64,000 nt of DNA from positions 2,480,001 through 2,544,000 of the forward strand of contig CM074811.1 in NCBI GenBank assembly GCA_037447605.1, written 5' to 3'. The notes beneath the pieces are model-generated. The model ran no database searches. It saw only the letters and a program-made list of their open reading frames with translations, and was not told the origin of the DNA. Position numbers and translations under genes: made by a program. Origin of the DNA: Zygnema circumcarinatum SAG 698-1b. Taxonomy: Eukaryota > Plantae > Zygnematophyceae. Below, in pieces: positions 24,121 through 36,800 of this stretch (positions are counted from its first letter, which is position 1; each line of letters opens with the position of its first letter).

Positions 24121-25103
24121 TGTTGGTGCAGGGACTCCTCCACTGCTGCCGGCTTCTCCACTCGCATCACCTTCCATCGGAGTTCGCGTTCCAATCGATG
24201 ATGACATTTCCCAAACTCTCACATTCAATTACAGTCTATTTTACTTACCAGAGGAACTCCTTAGAATATGCAATGGAATAACGTATATAAAAGAATAGGA
24301 GAAAGCTCTCTGCCTAAAACTCCTTAATAATAACTATCAACAATGAGACCCTCTCAAATAGCCTAATAAACTCAAAAGTCTACCACTGCAGCACAAGCAA
24401 GTGCGTAATGTTCAAGAACACGAAGATCGCCTTCTCGTAGTCTACATAATAGCTAATGCTTGATAATCGGTTAAAGATTAACAACCAAACTAAACAACAC
24501 ACTATATAATTATGTCACAACATCCGTATACCATACAACGAAGTCGGGTAACATCGTGGGTTAGTGGTTCCGCAAGGGCCCTATCCCGACCTTTCATCCT
24601 TCAAGGCCGCTGATCCGGCCGCTCACATCAATCCCGTGACAAGCTGACCGACCGCCTTGTTAATCCACGCCTTGCGCCAGAGGATCCGGGACCGCTTCCA
24701 AGATTGATGACGCTGCCAAACTCCGCCAAGGCCGTCGCGACGCCACCGATATCCGGACCGCCCGCATAATGATGAATCGCGCTACCGACATTTTGACGCC
24801 GCGATCGCCAAGTCCGAATCGCTCAATCCAAAGGTTGGACGCCAGGCCACTGACTACAAGGCAGATTCAAGGCTGGCCGCCACATCTTCACTCGCCTCCG
24901 CTACCGCTGGCCCTCAAGGCCACGCCACTTCTTTTCGATTTGTTGCGCCGCCACACCTCTCGACTGCCGCTACCGCGCTCTCTTCCAATCGCATCAAATG
25001 TCCGCATCAGCTTACTAACTTAGCGCAACCGCCAAGGAAACACACAACACAAACACACAAAACTAATGTTCCAACAAAACATGCTAACTATCATACACTA
25101 ACA
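24121..25103 (-). mobile_element. Solo LTR of the copia 2 family inserted in the LTR of copia 3
   Basis: TGTTGG...TAACA termini; exact TSD TCTAT at 24116-24120 and 25104-25108; the empty site is visible in the sister LTR at ~30355-30370. Confidence 0.92.
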
Positions 25104-25388
25104 TCTATCTCAATTCAATCATCGCCCATAACTCACAGAAAGAATATCAGAGATAAGCACAGCGGATAACAACTGAGAGAAGTGTAGGAGAAAGCTCACG
25201 GCTCTAAAACTCCTTATATGAAATGTCCACCCACATGAAGTTCTCTCACCAATATGCTAGTTCTCTTACTCTCTACCTCACGACACAAGTAAGGCAGCCC
25301 AGCAACACGAGCAGGCACAGAATAAGAAACGAGTGTGGTTTTTTTTTTACATAGTAAAACTAATCACTATATACTTTAACATGGCGCT

Positions 25389-25414
25389 GTGACGTGACAC
25401 ACATGTCACGTCAC
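25389..25414 (-). promoter_or_regulatory. Palindromic double-TGACGT element next to the putative LTR TATA box
   Basis: GTGACGTGACA-caca-TGTCACGTCAC (11-bp arms), about 15-20 bp from TATATA on the LTR sense strand. Related copies at ~30635, ~31910, ~37655 and ~44375. Confidence 0.45.
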
Positions 25415-28400
25415 GACCGCCATTGCCGCCCTGCAGCCGAGCGGCGACTGAGACTCAAAGGGTGCTACGCCATCCTCGTAGAAACCTACGGGCGGCGCCA
25501 CCTGGCTAACCGCCTCCCTCCAGACAGCCTCCACAAGCCACGCCCCTTAGTCAGCCGATCTCCTCACAATGACTTCCGTCCGTATTTGACCCGCGGACCC
25601 ACTAGCTGAGTGCGGTCCGCTGCGGTCACACGCGACGCCACCAACTTTGCCGCCTCGACATTTTCTCCATCAGACTACAAGCTGCAAACCCAAGGCCCGC
25701 GGATCCTGCCCGCTGCTGACCAATCAGCGCCAGTACTAAGCAGACTCTCAAGAAGACTTCTGAAGAGTTTAAGGCGCCGACCGCCATCCTTAATTAGTTC
25801 AGAAGACAACTACCAGCGTAACCTAACCGGAGTACACAACAAGTTAGTGCGCGGTTCAATACAATGTCTGGCGATACACCAACACTAACAATCCCCCTCT
25901 TGGGACTCAGTTCCTCATGGGCCCCAGCCCTATGAGCCTACTGTTCACTAGCAATGTCTCCCCGTTGACCCCCTTGGTCAACATATCCGCAGCCTGCTCT
26001 TTTGTTCCTACAAACTTCACCACTATCATCCCCTCCTCTACCAATTCCCTCACGTAATGGTATTGCACCCTAATGTGCTTGGTCCTTTTGTGGAATACAG
26101 GATTTCCCATCAAGGCTATGGACGACTGGTTGTCCGTAAACAGAGTCACCGGAGTTTGTGGTCTCTTACATTCATCAAAGAAGTACTGGAACCACACTCC
26201 TCCTTTGCCGCACGGGCAAGCCCCTCATGTACTGCCCTCGTGCGCTTGACAAGGCCATCGGGTCCCCGAGCTTGGAAAGCCCAATGCAGATTGCTCCTCC
26301 TCCATTCGTAAACACGAATCCTGATGTTGATCAGCGATGTGTCCATGTCACCCCCAATCCGGAAGTCGGTGTATCCATCACTTAATTGGCCCCTCTCATA
26401 CCCGAGGCCGTAATCCGGTTCCCCGTACATACCTGAAGATTATCTTCACGGCTTCCCAATGTTCAGGACCCGGATTCTCCATGAACCGACTTGCTGAGCT
26501 CACGGCTTTGGCCAAGTTCGTCGCGTACCACCACAGTACATGAGACGCTGATAGCAGACTGCATTTCAAGATCTGCATCCGTTGTACCTCCGCAGACTGC
26601 GGGCGCCCATCTCTTTGGATACTCGATCTCCATGGGTTGCACACGACCGCAATCTTCCATATATGGAATCTCGCAAGTACGTCTGCGGCGTACTTCTTCT
26701 GACACAGAAAAAGGCTGCCGTCCTGCCCCCTCTTCAGTTGTATCCCCAACAGATACTGCGCTTCCCCTAGATCCGACATCTTGAAGTTAGCCTGGAGCAG
26801 CTCCTTCAAATCATTGATTCTCTCCAACGAGAGACTCACCATAATGAGGTCGCTAACGTAGATCCCAACGCATATGAGATCCTCGCCCTCCCTTTGTTGG
26901 TAAACTAATGATCCGCTTCAATCAAATAACATACCCTCCCCGAAGATCGTCTATCTTCGTATTCTATCCTCGGTGCTCGCTTCAAATTGCATGCATTCTT
27001 TAATAGGCTTACAAACCGTATCCTCCTGCCCGGGACAATTTTTCCTTCCGGCTGCACCATGTAGATCTCCTCAGCGAGATCTCCGTACAGAAACGCGGTC
27101 TTGATATCGAGTTGATGTACGTGCATCCCCTCGGCCGCTGCAATCGAAATTAGGGCACGGAGCGAATTGAATTTTACCACGGGCGCGAAGGTCTCCGTGT
27201 AGTCAATTCCGTACGCCTGGTTGAAGCCTATCGCCACCAGGCGTGCCTTGTACCGATCGACGCTCCCGTCCGCCTTCCGCTTCACCTTGAACACCCACTT
27301 GCATCCAATGGTCTCTTCTTCCCCTGCAAGCAGCTTCCTCGTCACCATGTCCCGCTTTCTAAAGAAGCTGTCCCATCACTGCCAATCGCCGCTGCCACTT
27401 TTCGGCCATCGACCCTCGCTGCGGCGCTCTCCTCAAAGGTTTCAAGGCTCGGCGGATCATGAAGGCAAAGGCGCTTTCTCCCGCGAAGTCTACCTCTTGT
27501 AGCCGGTACTCTCTCCCAAGACAAAGTTGTTCAAGGAAGGCCCAATCGACAAAGCCCCTCCTCACCACGCTGAAAGTGTTCTCCCGCGCCCTTATGCTCT
27601 TCCACTCTTCAAGTCAGAAAATCCCGGACGTAACCCCGAGGCATGCTTGCCAACACGCCTCTCTCTCGCTCCAAGTCCTCGCACTGCCCATGCAAAGGGT
27701 ACGTAGCCGCCGAGTTCTCTCGCCTCGGCTGTGTGAGTGTGTAGTGGAGCCGCGCTTTCCGCCAAAATTGCGGGCTCTCCCCCGCTATGCGTACTTCGTC
27801 AGCCCCACGGCCCTTGACGCTGGGTAACGCTTCCGCCCGCCCTCCACTCTACCTCCTCCAAAAACTGACCTGATTCGCGATCAACGCCTCTTTCTCCCCT
27901 CGACCTCCCCACGCCTTCATACACACCCCCACCAGAGGCCTGGGGGTCGGGTCTCACTCCAGCCGCAGCCACCTCTCATCCACCATGATGTCCTCGAACT
28001 CAACCTCGCTCACCCGGTGGTTCCAGCACATCCCGTATGTGTGGGTCGGCCGGTGTCAGAGCCGAGAAATACCTCCACGCCGAGGATCACCTCCTCCTTG
28101 CTTTCGGGCTTTCTTCAAAGATCAAGGCCGCCCGGGGCCACGCCCAACGCTTCTTCAAGTGGGACACACCGCGCTTCCTCCCACTCCACACCTCTTCAGG
28201 GACCTGTTCCTTCATAACAAAGGACGGGCATCTATTTCTAAGGTAGGTGGTAGTCATCACTGCCTCTCCCCAAAACGATGCTGGAAAGGGGGAATCAATC
28301 AACATGGTCCTTGCCATGTCCCCCAGCGTCCTATTCACCCTCTCAGTAGCTCCATTACTTTGAGGGGAGTAAGGAGCAGAAAATTCATGCCTTATTCCGC

Positions 28401-31400
28401 GAGTCCTCAAGTACTCGCCGAATTCCTTCTCGACTTGAATTCCCCTCCTCGCTGTCCTAGAGGCGTAGAAGTCTTCAAATTTGGATCCGCTTCTCACCCA
28501 ACCGTGACGCAAGCATTCTCTCGAAGGTTCAAAGCCCGCATTCTTGTTCTTGAGAATTTTCACCCAGATTTTCCTCGAAAAAATCATCGAAATGTGATGA
28601 AATATCGTCTCCAATCGCTGCCGGGTGTCACGTAGTCGCGCGAAGGTCGCGCGGAACTGCACTCCAAATTTCAAGCAAGATGGAACGCCTCCTCTCCACC
28701 TCACATCGGTTTTCTCAGGTGTCTTCCCCTATGCACTCTTTGCAAAAACCGAGCTCCTTCTCAACTACATCTACATCTAACCCGCGGACCAGCCCCCTTG
28801 CGGCAAGCTGTTGCAGTCCCCTATGGTTCAGATGACCAAGTCTACGATGCCAGAGATTTACTACACTTTCAGATATTGCCATTACCCCTTCATCTTCCTC
28901 TTCTATAATGAAGGTAATATAGGCCTCCCCTTCTCATACCCCTCAAATAGCTGCTTTCCGGTCTCCATATGAGTAGCCACGCATGACTTCTCACTAAAGG
29001 TAACCTCGTACCCCTTCTTACACACTTGGCTAGCAGACATAAAATTCTGTTTCAGCTCAGGGGTGTGAAGAACATCACCGATGCACAGACGCTCTTCTCT
29101 CCTTTCTTCGTAGATGATTGAGCCGTCTCCGAGTCGCATCTTGACCACTCCTCCCTTCGTGACTATCACCCCACTGCCGCCAAGTGAATCAGACGTCCTT
29201 CCAACGCATCCAACGCCGAGAACATCTCATTGTCGCCACACATGCGCGTGGAAGCGCCGTGAGTCAATCACCTATGGCCGCCTGCATCCTCAACCCGATC
29301 TTCCCAACAAAGTCGTAATTTCAAAGTGAGTACGCAGATTCTTCGCCTCCACTGCCACTCGCACCGCGCCTTGTGGCCTCTCTTCGCACTTCGGGGCGTA
29401 TTCCTCAACCCCTTCGCTGATGACGAAGCTCCTCCTCCCCGGACCGGTGCTCTTGTTCTCAGAAAGGGCCCGGCCGGTAGTGGGCCGCCCAAGCACACGT
29501 GTAACACGCCCCGCTGGCGTTCACCTCTGCCGTTTTTCAACGCGGCCTCCTTCGCCGGTTCACACGCTGGTGCGCCAAAGACTTTCTCTCTTTCTGCCGC
29601 TAACGCTCGGGATCAGATCCTCCCTCCTTGGATCCTGGCTTCACTGCTTCAAGGGTCATCATGGAGTTCGCTAAGATTGCTCCCCAAGAGCCGAATCGCC
29701 ATATCAAACTCAATTGCGCGCAGCCCCCTGTAAACCGGCCGATCTTATGATCCCCCTAACGGCCGCAAGGCTATGAACCTCTTCCATTAGGCAAGTCAAA
29801 TCTGACCATATATTCCCTGGGGCTTCTCATCCGAGGACATTCTGGGTCTTTCCTAGTCGCTGTAGCACGACAATCGCCAATACGCTATCCTTCACATCAT
29901 ACATTCTTTCTAAGCACCTCCACATAAAGATGTGAAGTCCTCGGGATCGTGACAAAGATGGATCTAGGGACTTCCTCACACTCATGACGCATCCGGTAGT
30001 GGCCTCATATTTCTACCAACCATCTGACTTAGCCGTCGCATCTGGACCGCCGCTCCGGGCCAGTAGGCTCCTCCCAAGAAGACTGCCTTGACGGGTGCCG
30101 CCAACGAGCCTGAGTAACCCGCCTCACACGCAGCAAGGGGACCAGCCGCCATCTCCACCCCTTTGTAATCCCCGTCGTCAAACGCCGATGTTTAACTTCA
30201 CGTGGTCCTCCCTCGCCACCATGTGGCCTCGACACCACTTGTCGGGGTTGTGGGATCGTTTCGCTTCCCAAGCATCACTGTGTCGCCTACCTCCTTACCT
30301 GAACTCTGTGTTCCCACCTATTTATTTATTATTTCCACTTTTATCACTCTCAAGGTTTCTATCTCAATTCAATCATCGCCCATAATCCTCACGTAAAGAA
30401 TATCGTAGGATAAGCAATAAATGATAACAACCGAAGTGTGAGAAAGCTCACTCTAAAACTCCTTATATGAAATGTCCACCCACATGAAGTCTCTCTCACC
30501 AAGCAGCGAAGTTCCCCACTCTCCACTCATGACATAAGCAAGGGCATCTTAACACGGAGCAGGCACATAAATAAGAAACTAGTGTGGTTTTTTTTTACAC
30601 ACAAAAACTATCACCGCACCTTTAACATGGTGTGTGACGTGACACACATGTCACGTCATGCCTCTGCCACTGGAGTCCTTGCAGTTGGCTGAGCCGCGCA
30701 CCGAGAGCCAGGTGTCCACGTCATCATCCTCGCACTACCGCGGCCGCCTGACCTACAATCCGCCTCCCTTGTACAGCTCCCGCTGCCGCCAGCCCTTAGC
30801 CAGCGATCTCCAACCGCCCACTTCTCGCCCGACATTTGAATCCGCGGACCCACCTTGAGCGGGGTGGGCCCCGCGTGTCACATCGCGACCGCCACCGACT
30901 CGCCGTGAGATTTTCTCCGTCGCACTCGCATGCCGCAAACCCGTGCCCGCAATCCTTGCCCGCGCCTCGACGAATCAGCGCCGCGCCGTCAGACTCCGCT
31001 GGACTCGGGGTACACTCTAAGAGTTTAAAGCGTTACGTCATTTAAATTAGCTCAGAGTACCACCAGCGGAACCTAACGAAGACCATAACTTGTTGATGTA
31101 TGCGGTACATCAAGGTGTTGGTACTTAGTTCCTAGCATGAATGTTGTCCGGGAGATCAATGTGCTGGTATAGGGACAATGTCATGCATGAACGGTCATGT
31201 TTGGTGTAGGACCGAACATGGGGGGTGCCCGTATCATTAGGGCACGGCACGGCAGGTTTAGGAACAGTCTAGGTATCGCACTCTTTGCGGCTTTGACTGA
31301 GATTGAACCAAAAGGGGTGCCGCGGAGTGTGCTTGCAGTGATCCAGTGAGCTGTATGACTGTGCTGTGAATTGTACGGACTGATGCGGAAGTTTGCGCAT

Positions 31401-32764
31401 GTGGAGAGACCCCGGAGCGCCGGAGGCAGACTCTGTGCCGTGAAGCGACATGACCGGTCGCGAGCAGCCAAAACGTGGCATCTCTGCGGGCGTGACGTGA
31501 CGCAGGGTTTGGCAATGTTGTGGGGACTTGTGAAATATTTGAGTGCGCTGACTGGTCGCAGCGCTGAGTGCCAGTACGAAGCGCAAGCGGCTGAGTGCGC
31601 CGCGAGTGCGCGCAGTATCCACGAGCGAACCCACTGGTCGCGGTGCCAGCGCCAAACGCGGAGGGAGAAAACCGTGCGCGGAAATGACAAGGAATGTCGT
31701 GGCGTGATTGAGACATGCCATGTGGGTTACCGTGGGGCCGCGGCTCCATTGTACGCAAATGGTAGGCGGGCGAGACGCTATGAAGGGCTGCGAGCGCGGG
31801 GTTAGAGGTGAGCAAGAACTAGGTCGGTGCCATTTGAGGTTTATGAGGCGCACTAGTGTGTTATTCCTGGAGTGCGTCACTTTAGCGGATGTAAGGCTGT
31901 GCTAATGTGACAATTGTGTCACGTCACATCGCCATGGTTGCTTAAGAGAGAGCAAGCTTGGCTCTCTCACTACTCAACTCACTAACTTGAAGTCCTGTTC
32001 TTGAAATTGTAATGCTTGTCTGTTGACTGTTTTCAGGAAGAACAAGCAGAGGTTGAGGCGTAGAGGGATTCTGGCTTGTGTATGAAGGTTTGGCAGAACT
32101 AGTTCATCATGCTAAGCTTTAGTGAAGAAACTAGCATGTGTTTCCTCATGAGTGTCAGGTAGAGAGGAGTTCATGGAGGCAGTAAGTGCTTGGCTACTGC
32201 AGTCGGGGTGTAGGCTATCAGAGAATAGGATAGCGCTCATGTGAGGAGGAGAATCTAGCATAAGGGATTATGTAGATTTCCTCAAAGAGCTTGTATTACA
32301 CTCTTGAAGTTTAAGGTGTTTTAGATGGCCTGGCTTCTCCTTATTATTATCACTTTGTTACGTGAGTCTTGTGTTGCATTGACGTGGTGATGAGTGGAGG
32401 CAGCCATTGTATGGGTGGGTGTGTTGCTCCACATGAGGATATCATTGGAGGGAGTGTGGATTAGGAGCCAGACCATGGAGGAGTTGAAGTGTTCTTGCGG
32501 TGTTTGTTTTCCGCTTGCGGACCTGCAAGGGGTGGATGGAATGGAGCCGTGGGGAGGAAGCCGTATGTGGCCCAAATGGAAGATGAAGAAAGTTTTGAGC
32601 TTCATCCGGGCATGTATTTATCCCTTCCTTGAAGTCTGCCCTCTGGGCCCCTTGCACCAACACTGCAGTCGGGGTGTAGGCTATCAGAGAATAGGATAGC
32701 GCTCATGTGAGGAGGAGAATCTAGTTAAGGGATTATGTAGATTTCCTCAAAGAGCTTGTATTAT

Positions 32765-33216
32765 TGTATTGAAACGCTATACATGGGTTGTACGCTTCAG
32801 CACTTACATCCCATGGGTTGCCTTTAATGTAAAAGCACTTAGGTGAATAATGAGGTCTCCGGAAGTTCGGAATCCCCGCCGCAGCAAAGTTGTTAAGTAT
32901 TGGTATCGCAGCCTAAGGACCGTATTTCCGGCAATCCACCCTAAAAACACCGTGATCTCTGAGCATGGTACGGTTGACCAGAGGGTCTGAACCGTACGCC
33001 ACCTTCATGTGTTGAAAGAGCTTGAACGCTGCTCGTGAAAAACCTTGACTGCGCTCGAGGACGAGCCCGGTTTAGGTGGGGAGGAATGTAGCGAAACGCT
33101 ATACATGGGTTGTATGGCCGAGTACTTACATCCGCGGTTGCCTTTTAATGGTAAAGCACTTAGGTGAATACCGGGAGGTCCTGAGTTCGAACCCTGCTGC
33201 AGGCAGGTTCGTTACA
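32765..33216 (+). mobile_element. TRIM with tRNA-like LTRs (Helenus-type architecture)
   Basis: LTRs ~32765-32896 and 33087-33216 (130 bp, TGT...ACA); degenerate iMet PBS TGGTATCGCAGCC 32901-32913; PPT AGGTGGGGAGGAA 33074-33086; exact TSD ATTAT at 32760-32764 and 33217-33221; B-box GAGTTCGAACC at 33183-33193. Confidence 0.85.
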
Positions 33217-33700
33217 ATTATACTCTTGAAGTTTAAGGAGTTTTATGGCCGTGGGCTTTCTCCTTATTACTGCATCATTTGTCATGTGAGTCCTCGTGTT
33301 GGATTGACGTGGTGGATGAGTGGAGGCAGCCATTGTATGGGCGGTGTGTTGCTCCACACGAGGAGATCATTGAAGGAGCGTGGACTTGAGGAGCCGAGAC
33401 CATGGAGGAGTTGAAGTGTTCTTGTAGGTGACGCGTTTAGTTTTCCGCTGTGCGCACCTGGCAAGGGGTGGATGGAAGGCAGTTCGTGGAGGAAGCGGTA
33501 TGTGGCCCAAGTGGAAGATGAAGAAAGTTTTTGATCTTCATCCGGGCATGTATTTATCCCTTCCTTGAAGTCTGCCCTCTGGGCCCCTTGCACCAACACT
33601 GCAGTCGGGGTGTAGGCTATCAGAGAATAGGATAGCGCTCATGTGAGGAGGAGAATCTAGTTAAGGGATTATGTAGATTTCCTCAAAGAGCTTGTATTAT

Positions 33701-33830
33701 TGTATTGAAACGCTATACATGGGTTGTATGGCCGAGTACTTACATCCGCGGTTGCCTTTTAATGGTAAAGCACTTAGGTGAATACCGGGAGGTCCTGAGT
33801 TCGAACCCTGCTGCAGGCAGGTTCGTTACA
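33701..33830 (+). mobile_element. Solo LTR of the tRNA-like TRIM
   Basis: 130 bp, flanked by ATTAT (33696-33700, 33831-33835). Starts like the 5' LTR (TGTATTG) and otherwise matches the 3' LTR. Confidence 0.85.
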
Positions 33831-36800
33831 ATTATACTCTTGAAGTTTAAGGAGTTTTATGGCCGTGGGCTTTCTCCTTATTACTGCATCATTTGTCATG
33901 TGAGTCCTCGTGTTGGATTGACGTGGTGGATGAGTGGAGGCAGCCATTGTATGGGCGGTGTGTTGCTCCACANNNNNNNNNNTCGTTTGTAGCAAGCAAG
34001 TTGCTGGAATACTCAGTTTTGAGTAGTCACAAGGAGAGGATGCGTTTGGAGTACTAGTCTTGACAGCTCGAGGAAAAGAGTGCGAAAGAAGGCTAGCCTA
34101 ATGACATTGATTCTAACGTCGTTTTGAGAGATCCGGCTCAAGGGAGTCAAGTTCTGGCGGCGTGGATCTGGTGCATTGAGGTGCACACACTTGAGGTGAC
34201 CCAACTCAGCGGAGTTGGAGGAGGCAGCGTGAGAGACGCACAAGCAAGGGTGGCCTAACCCTTTGGGAGCTTGTATGCTCGGATATGTCGAAGGCGAAGT
34301 TGCTTCATCGAAGGATTCGAGGGGAGAACTTACCAGCACTTCGAGAAGTGGAGAAGGCTCCAGTTCCATATCGAGATTGCCACGGTATGTGGAGGGGACT
34401 GCCCTCCCAAGCACGCTCTTGGGATTAGAGACTAGCTTTGGAGTTAGAGACTAACGAACTGGAATCTTCACATCTGTTGTGGGAGAGGCTAAGAGAGGTG
34501 TAGAGTGGCAAGGAGTGCCACGTAAGGAATTAGTTCATTTCAGATGCGTCTGGGGTGAAGGAGGCCCAAGATCTAGGATCTAGGGGAGAAAGCTGCCCAG
34601 GAATCATTGCTTAAATCCTGACTAGTCTGGTGGACAGATCTAGTGGAATTGATAGTCACTAAAGATGTTTGTGAAGGACCACTAAGGAGGAGTTCAGGGA
34701 ATTCCCCCGGGAGTAGTGGAGGAGATCAATTCTGGGGAGGTAGGAGGCCCATCCTCTTCTACAAGGAGCCGGCTTCCACCGCAGGGAGTAGATGTAGCAA
34801 AGGATTAGAGTGGATAGAGTCAAGAGGCGTTGACAACCATTCAAGAAGGGGCAAGGCTGAAGTCGGACGAGGAGGATTCCATTCCAAGTCGACATTATGC
34901 AGCCGAGAGCTTGTGGAGATCATTTTGCTAACGAACTTGCAGGGCTGATTCTTGTGGAGGGATCATTCGGATCCAAGGAGATCTCGGCATGGTGGCTCAG
35001 TTGTGTCCAGACGTGGACCTGATCTTTGTTCGAAGAGTTTGCTGGGAGTGCACGCTTAGTTTACTCGGGAACAAGGGATAGAAATTTTCAGAGGAGGAGC
35101 CAAGTTGTTGAACTCAAGAGGAGGCAAGAGGAGCTGATGGATCTCGAAGGAGAAGTGGCGTACAGCTGCCTTGGAAGTCAAGGTGCAGTACTTTTAGACC
35201 ACTGATTTTTTTTTTTTTTTGAATTTTTTCCTTTAAAAGTGAAATTATTTTGGAGGCAAGCAGGTAGGAGTTAGATGCAAGTAGTGGAGACCCTTGTGAA
35301 GGGAGAGAGCGGAGTAGCTCGTACTTCTTCGAAAAGAAGAAGGTGCAGCGGTGGACGTTGGCACGACAGCTTGTGGAGCTCAGCATCAAAGAACTCGGTC
35401 ACTTAAGCTGGTAGAGCTTGAGGGTGCTTGCAAGGACTAGGATCTTCAGAGGTGCCTAGGTCCGGAAGTCACAAGAGGACAGGGGCATCGACATGGAGCT
35501 GGCGTGGTCGCACTCATGAGGGGATGGCGCTCTGAAACAAGGTACCGCAGCCTTGCACCTTTTGTGTGATAGACTTTTGAGGGGGAGATTTCGGTTTCCC
35601 TCAAAGGAAGAAGATAAGTCAAACTCAGGTACATGGTTAGAGGAGGGTGCTTCTAGTGTAGCCCGAAAGACCTAATCATGCTTATCATTAGCGGAGGAGC
35701 AGCAAGACCATAGGCTGGAGATGCTGACTTCAGATGACCTTTCTCCGGAGTGGGAGAAATGTAGAAGAGGCTATGATAGTGGAGGCTGAGCAGTTTTGAA
35801 GCGTTGAAGAGAAGACCTTGAAGATTCGAGGGGCTGCAAGTGATCATGGAGATCAAGTGGCGGCAAGGAGCGCTTGAAGGCACGGCTGGTGGCAACGGAA
35901 TCAAGGGGAGAGGCAGAGTGAGGAGGATGTCATCACGATGATGGTGCAGTACACTTCCCTTCTTGGTATTCCTTAGAAAGTCACTAAGCTGGAGTGAGGT
36001 ACTTTCAGATGCATAAGAAAGTGCAGAAATTATTTTTTGAGATTTTTGACACGCAATCAAGAAAGCGTCAAGCAGGGTTTTTAGGACACTTTGATAGAGG
36101 AAGAGGAACATCTAGTTTGCTGGCTCATTGATGGAGTAAGTGAGCAGAATTGAGACCCCAAAGGTGGAGTACAAGAGGAGGGTGCCAAGATGATGAAGCT
36201 AGAGGTGGCTTTGGAGGACCAGTCCTTGTACAAGGAGGCTGTTTAGCTTAAGAGGGGGTAGGTAAGATGTTCAGGTTTGGCCTTGGCAGATGGTGCTGAG
36301 GAGAGCTTGTCCATGAGGGATGAGTTAGTTCATAGTGTGAGGTCCCAGGATCGTGTAGAGGAAGTTGTTGGTGAAGAGGGCGCTTCATTTGGGTGGAGGT
36401 CTACAACAAATGGCGAGAGTACCACGAGGAGGATTCGAAGGACAACTATGAAGGACCTCATGTTTATGAGGGGGTGAGCGCAATGGAGAAGGCGACATTT
36501 TGATGTGTGAGTTGGGAGGAGAAGTTGGGACTTCTCAGGTTTACCTTTGGAGAATAACTTTGCAGATGTTGAAGGTTCCAACCACATTATTGACAAGGTG
36601 TCAATTGCGCTCAAGGAGGATCTGATGTGCAATCGATGCACATGCGGAGGGAAGACCATCGTTGGGAGGAGATGGCCCGGGGGAGAGTGCAATGGCTATT
36701 GCATTCACGTGAACTCAATCAAGGGGTTGATGCGCAAGCTGCAAGGTATGCCTGCTAGTTGATGCTTGGCTTAGGTGCCATGTGTTAGTATAGCTTGCAA

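Noticed and set aside
31181-31880. Overlapping 144-203-aa ORFs
   Set aside because: They lie inside LTR-C and are not preserved in the second LTR (36946-37560); GC-rich chance frames.
33135-33190. 5S rRNA-derived (Cassandra) LTR, suggested by GAATACCGGG
   Set aside because: Only a 10-nt resemblance with no 5S A/IE/C box order; the tRNA B-box and arm spacing fit better.
33131-33205. Functional tRNA-Phe(GAA) gene
   Set aside because: Acceptor, anticodon and T stems pair poorly and the sequence is an integral part of a TSD-flanked LTR; reported as tRNA-like only.
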